64,000 bases of DNA, from NCBI RefSeq assembly GCF_009914755.1, contig NC_060935.1. One strand, given 5' to 3'. Under the pieces are notes generated by a model. It was not told the DNA's origin. It saw only the letters and a program-made list of their open reading frames with translations, and did no database searches. Position 1 is the stretch's first letter; each line of letters opens with the position of its first letter. Below, one piece after another: positions 60,696 through 64,000 of this stretch. Origin of the DNA: the human T2T-CHM13v2.0 reference genome, Homo sapiens. Made by a program: the position numbers and the translations under genes.

Positions 60696-61576
60696 AAGAA
60701 TTAATAGAAGAAAGGAGGGGAGGGAGGGAGGCAGAGAGGGGAGGGGAGGGTTGAAGGAAAGAGATTTTGTTGAACATGGTAAGATATAGATGGATAGGTA
60801 AATAGGTGGATAGATAGACTGACAAATAGACAAATATTCATTTCCAGTGTGCAAATGTCACTAATATTTATAGAGAGGAACCAGAGGAACTATACAAGAA
60901 AGTAAAATATACTCGATTCCCTAAAATATATACAGAAAGATCCTAGGTTTCCTTGGGTAACTCTTGACATAATGCCTTAGACCATTTTTTTTAAGCATTC
61001 AAGTCGCTCAAGGCAGCTACATTAAATATTAGGGCTAGTAACCATAGCTGAAGTCATCAATTCTCAGTGAGATAATGGATTGCAACACCATGACCACTAA
61101 CATGACAAATTCTTAACACTGCCAAGGAACTCAGTCTATTCTAGGGGCCGTTACTATACAACAATCTGCTCTCATTCTATCCCTGTAATTATTAATGTCA
61201 CCACTAGCAACAAGTGCTATATGTTATTTACTTAAACACTCTATGGTAACGTTATTGTTACAATGCAATATCAAACTGCTTGACATTTAAGGAAGAGAAG
61301 CCAGAATTGAAATTTGTCAATAAAACAGAACACAGAAGCAATTAGTACAGTTTGTCCCAGGATTTGCTGACCCTATTGTAAAAATACCAGAATTTGTGGG
61401 GTGAGTGGAGGATTTCAGTTTTCTTAAGTCAAGAAGCAGTGGATTTATACATGTAATAAGGTTATCTCTGCTATTCAAAAAATTTTAAGAGACTCTATAT
61501 AACAAAAAAAACCCTATAATTTTTTCATTCCATAAAACAAATTAAGAGATGCTTAGCTTATTATGTGTTATATTAA

Positions 61577-61969
<393 letters not shown>

Positions 61970-62209
61970 TAATACAAAGTGTAACTTTTTCCTAATGAGA
62001 TCTTTCTCTGATTACTGATAGGCTCTACCAATTTATATGTCTTTCCATTTGTTCTCTTCCCCTACTTTGACAAAATAAAACTATACCTTATCCATAACAG
62101 CTCAAAAATGAAATAAACATTTGGCAATTAACTTGGTGTGTCTCATCAATTTTGGATATCTGGACTAGCTTTCTTGTCAGATAATAATTAGAGTTCAAGT
62201 TAGTGCATG

Positions 62210-64000
62210 CCAAACATTCATGGATTGGAAGACTTATATTGTTAAGACAGCCGTGCTCCCCAAACTGATCCACAAGTTCATTACAATCCTTATCAAAATG
62301 TCAGTGGTCTTTTTTGCAGAAATTGACAATCTGATCTTAAAATGTATAAAGAAATGAAAGGGACCCAGAACAGGCAAAACAATCTTAAAAACAGAAACAA
62401 AGTTGGAAGATTCACACTTCCTGATTTCAAAACTTACTACAGAGCTAAAGTCATCAAGACTAGATCATTCAGCACTGTAAGACAGGGCAAGAAAAAAAAA
62501 AAACTGGGTCATACCAGTATAAGAATAGACATAAAGATCAATGAAGTAGAATTCAGATTCCAGAAATAAACCCACTTACCTATGGTCAATTGGCAAAGAT
62601 ACCAAGACAATTCAATGAGGGAAAGAATAGTCTTCTCAATAAACGGTGCTGGGAAAACTGGATATCCACATGCAAAGAAATAAATTTAGACTGTACCTCA
62701 CATCAAATATAGAAGTTAACTCAAAGTGAGTCAAAGACCTGAATATAAGAGCTAAAACTATAAAACTGTTAGAAGAAACATAAGTATAAATTTTCATGAC
62801 CTTGGATTAGGCAACGGTTTCTTAGATACAGAACCTAAAGCAAAAGCAACCAAAAGAAAAAACAGATACATTGAACTTCATCAAAATTAAAATTTTCATG
62901 TTTCAAAGAACACTATCAAGAGAGTTAGAAGACGATCCACAGAAAAGGAGAAAATATTTGCAAGTCATATATCTGATAATGGTCTAGTATCTAAATTATA
63001 TTTTTTTAAAATACTCCTACAGCTTAGCAGTAAAAAAGACAACCCAATGTTAAAATGGGCAAAGGATCTGAATAGACATTTTTCCAAAGAAGATTTACCA
63101 ATGGATGGCCAATAAGCACATGAAAAGATGCTCAACAACATTAATCATCAGAGAAATGCAAATCAAACCATAATGAGATACCAGCTGGCATACTGATATG
63201 TGCTAGCCCAGCTACTTGGGAGGCTGAGACAGAAGGATCGATCAAGCCCAGGAGTTGGAGTCCAGCCTGGACAACATAGCAAGACTCCCATCTCTAAAAA
63301 TATAAATAAATAAAATTAAAACCATAATGAGATATCACATCGCACCCACTAGGAGGGCTATAATAAAAAATCTGGACAATAACAAGTGTTGGTGAGAATG
63401 TGCAGAAATTGGAACCTTCATACATTGCTGATGGGAATGTAAAACAGTACAGCTGCTTTGGAAAACACTCTGGCAGTTCATTAAATGATTAAACATAGAG
63501 TTATTATATGACCGCTCCTGGGTATGTGACCAAAAGAATAAAAAACATATGTCCACACAAAAACTTATACATGAATGTTCACAGCAGCATTATTCATAAT
63601 AATCAAAAAGAGGAAATGACCCAATGTCCAACAAATAATGAATAAAATAAGCAAAGACAGTATATCCATACAATGGAATGTTATTTGGCCATAAAAAAAA
63701 TGAAGTACTGACACATACTACAATATGGATGCCCCTGATAACATTATGCTAAATGAAAGAAGCCAGATGCAAAGAGCCATATACGGTATGATTCCATTTA
63801 TATGCAGTGTCCACAACAGGCAAATTTATACATATAAAAAATAAATTAGCAGTTGCCAGGACAGGGAAAATGGGGAAAACTGCTAACAGTTACGTAGTTT
63901 CTTTTTGGGGTGATGAAAATATTCTAAAATTAGACCGTGTTGATGGCTGTGCACCTTGTGAATATTCTAGAAGCCACTGAATCGTGCTCTTTAAAAAGGT
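62210..64000 (+). mobile_element. L1MB ORF2 end/3'UTR with Alu monomer (FLAM/FAM) at ~63183-63317
   Basis: NKVGRFTLPDFKTYYRA; monomer TSD aaaccataatgagata. Confidence 0.85.

Overview
Primate (most likely human) genomic DNA, very rich in interspersed repeats (Alu, L1, L2, MIR, MaLR LTRs, Tigger/MER DNA transposons). It holds the 5' end of an unidentified gene on the minus strand. A CpG-island promoter at ~57.5-58.2 kb carries an RFX X-box and an abutting E-box/D-box. A non-coding first exon ends at 57829, followed by a ~36-kb first intron and candidate ATG-rich leader exons at 21414-21694, 8731-8835 and 2777-3070. No convincing main CDS lies in the window; the long ORFs are artefacts of repeats or high GC. 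The most unusual observations are: (1) a 135-nt insert with poly-A and a target-site duplication (TSD) that folds like an H/ACA sno/scaRNA (18516-18650); (2) a 404-bp stretch with no G or C, made of a perfect, quasi-palindromic 33-bp minisatellite in an L1 tail (35429-35832); (3) a promoter-proximal Alu whose right arm is replaced by a copy of local intron-1 sequence plus an MLT1D fragment (58745-59088); (4) a four-level nested transposon stack with an internal inversion, deletions and a captured unique fragment (9.3-19.3 kb); (5) an AG|GTAAT recursive-splice-like acceptor ending the long first intron. Repeat subfamily names come from recalled consensus sequences, and boundaries are approximate unless a TSD is quoted.
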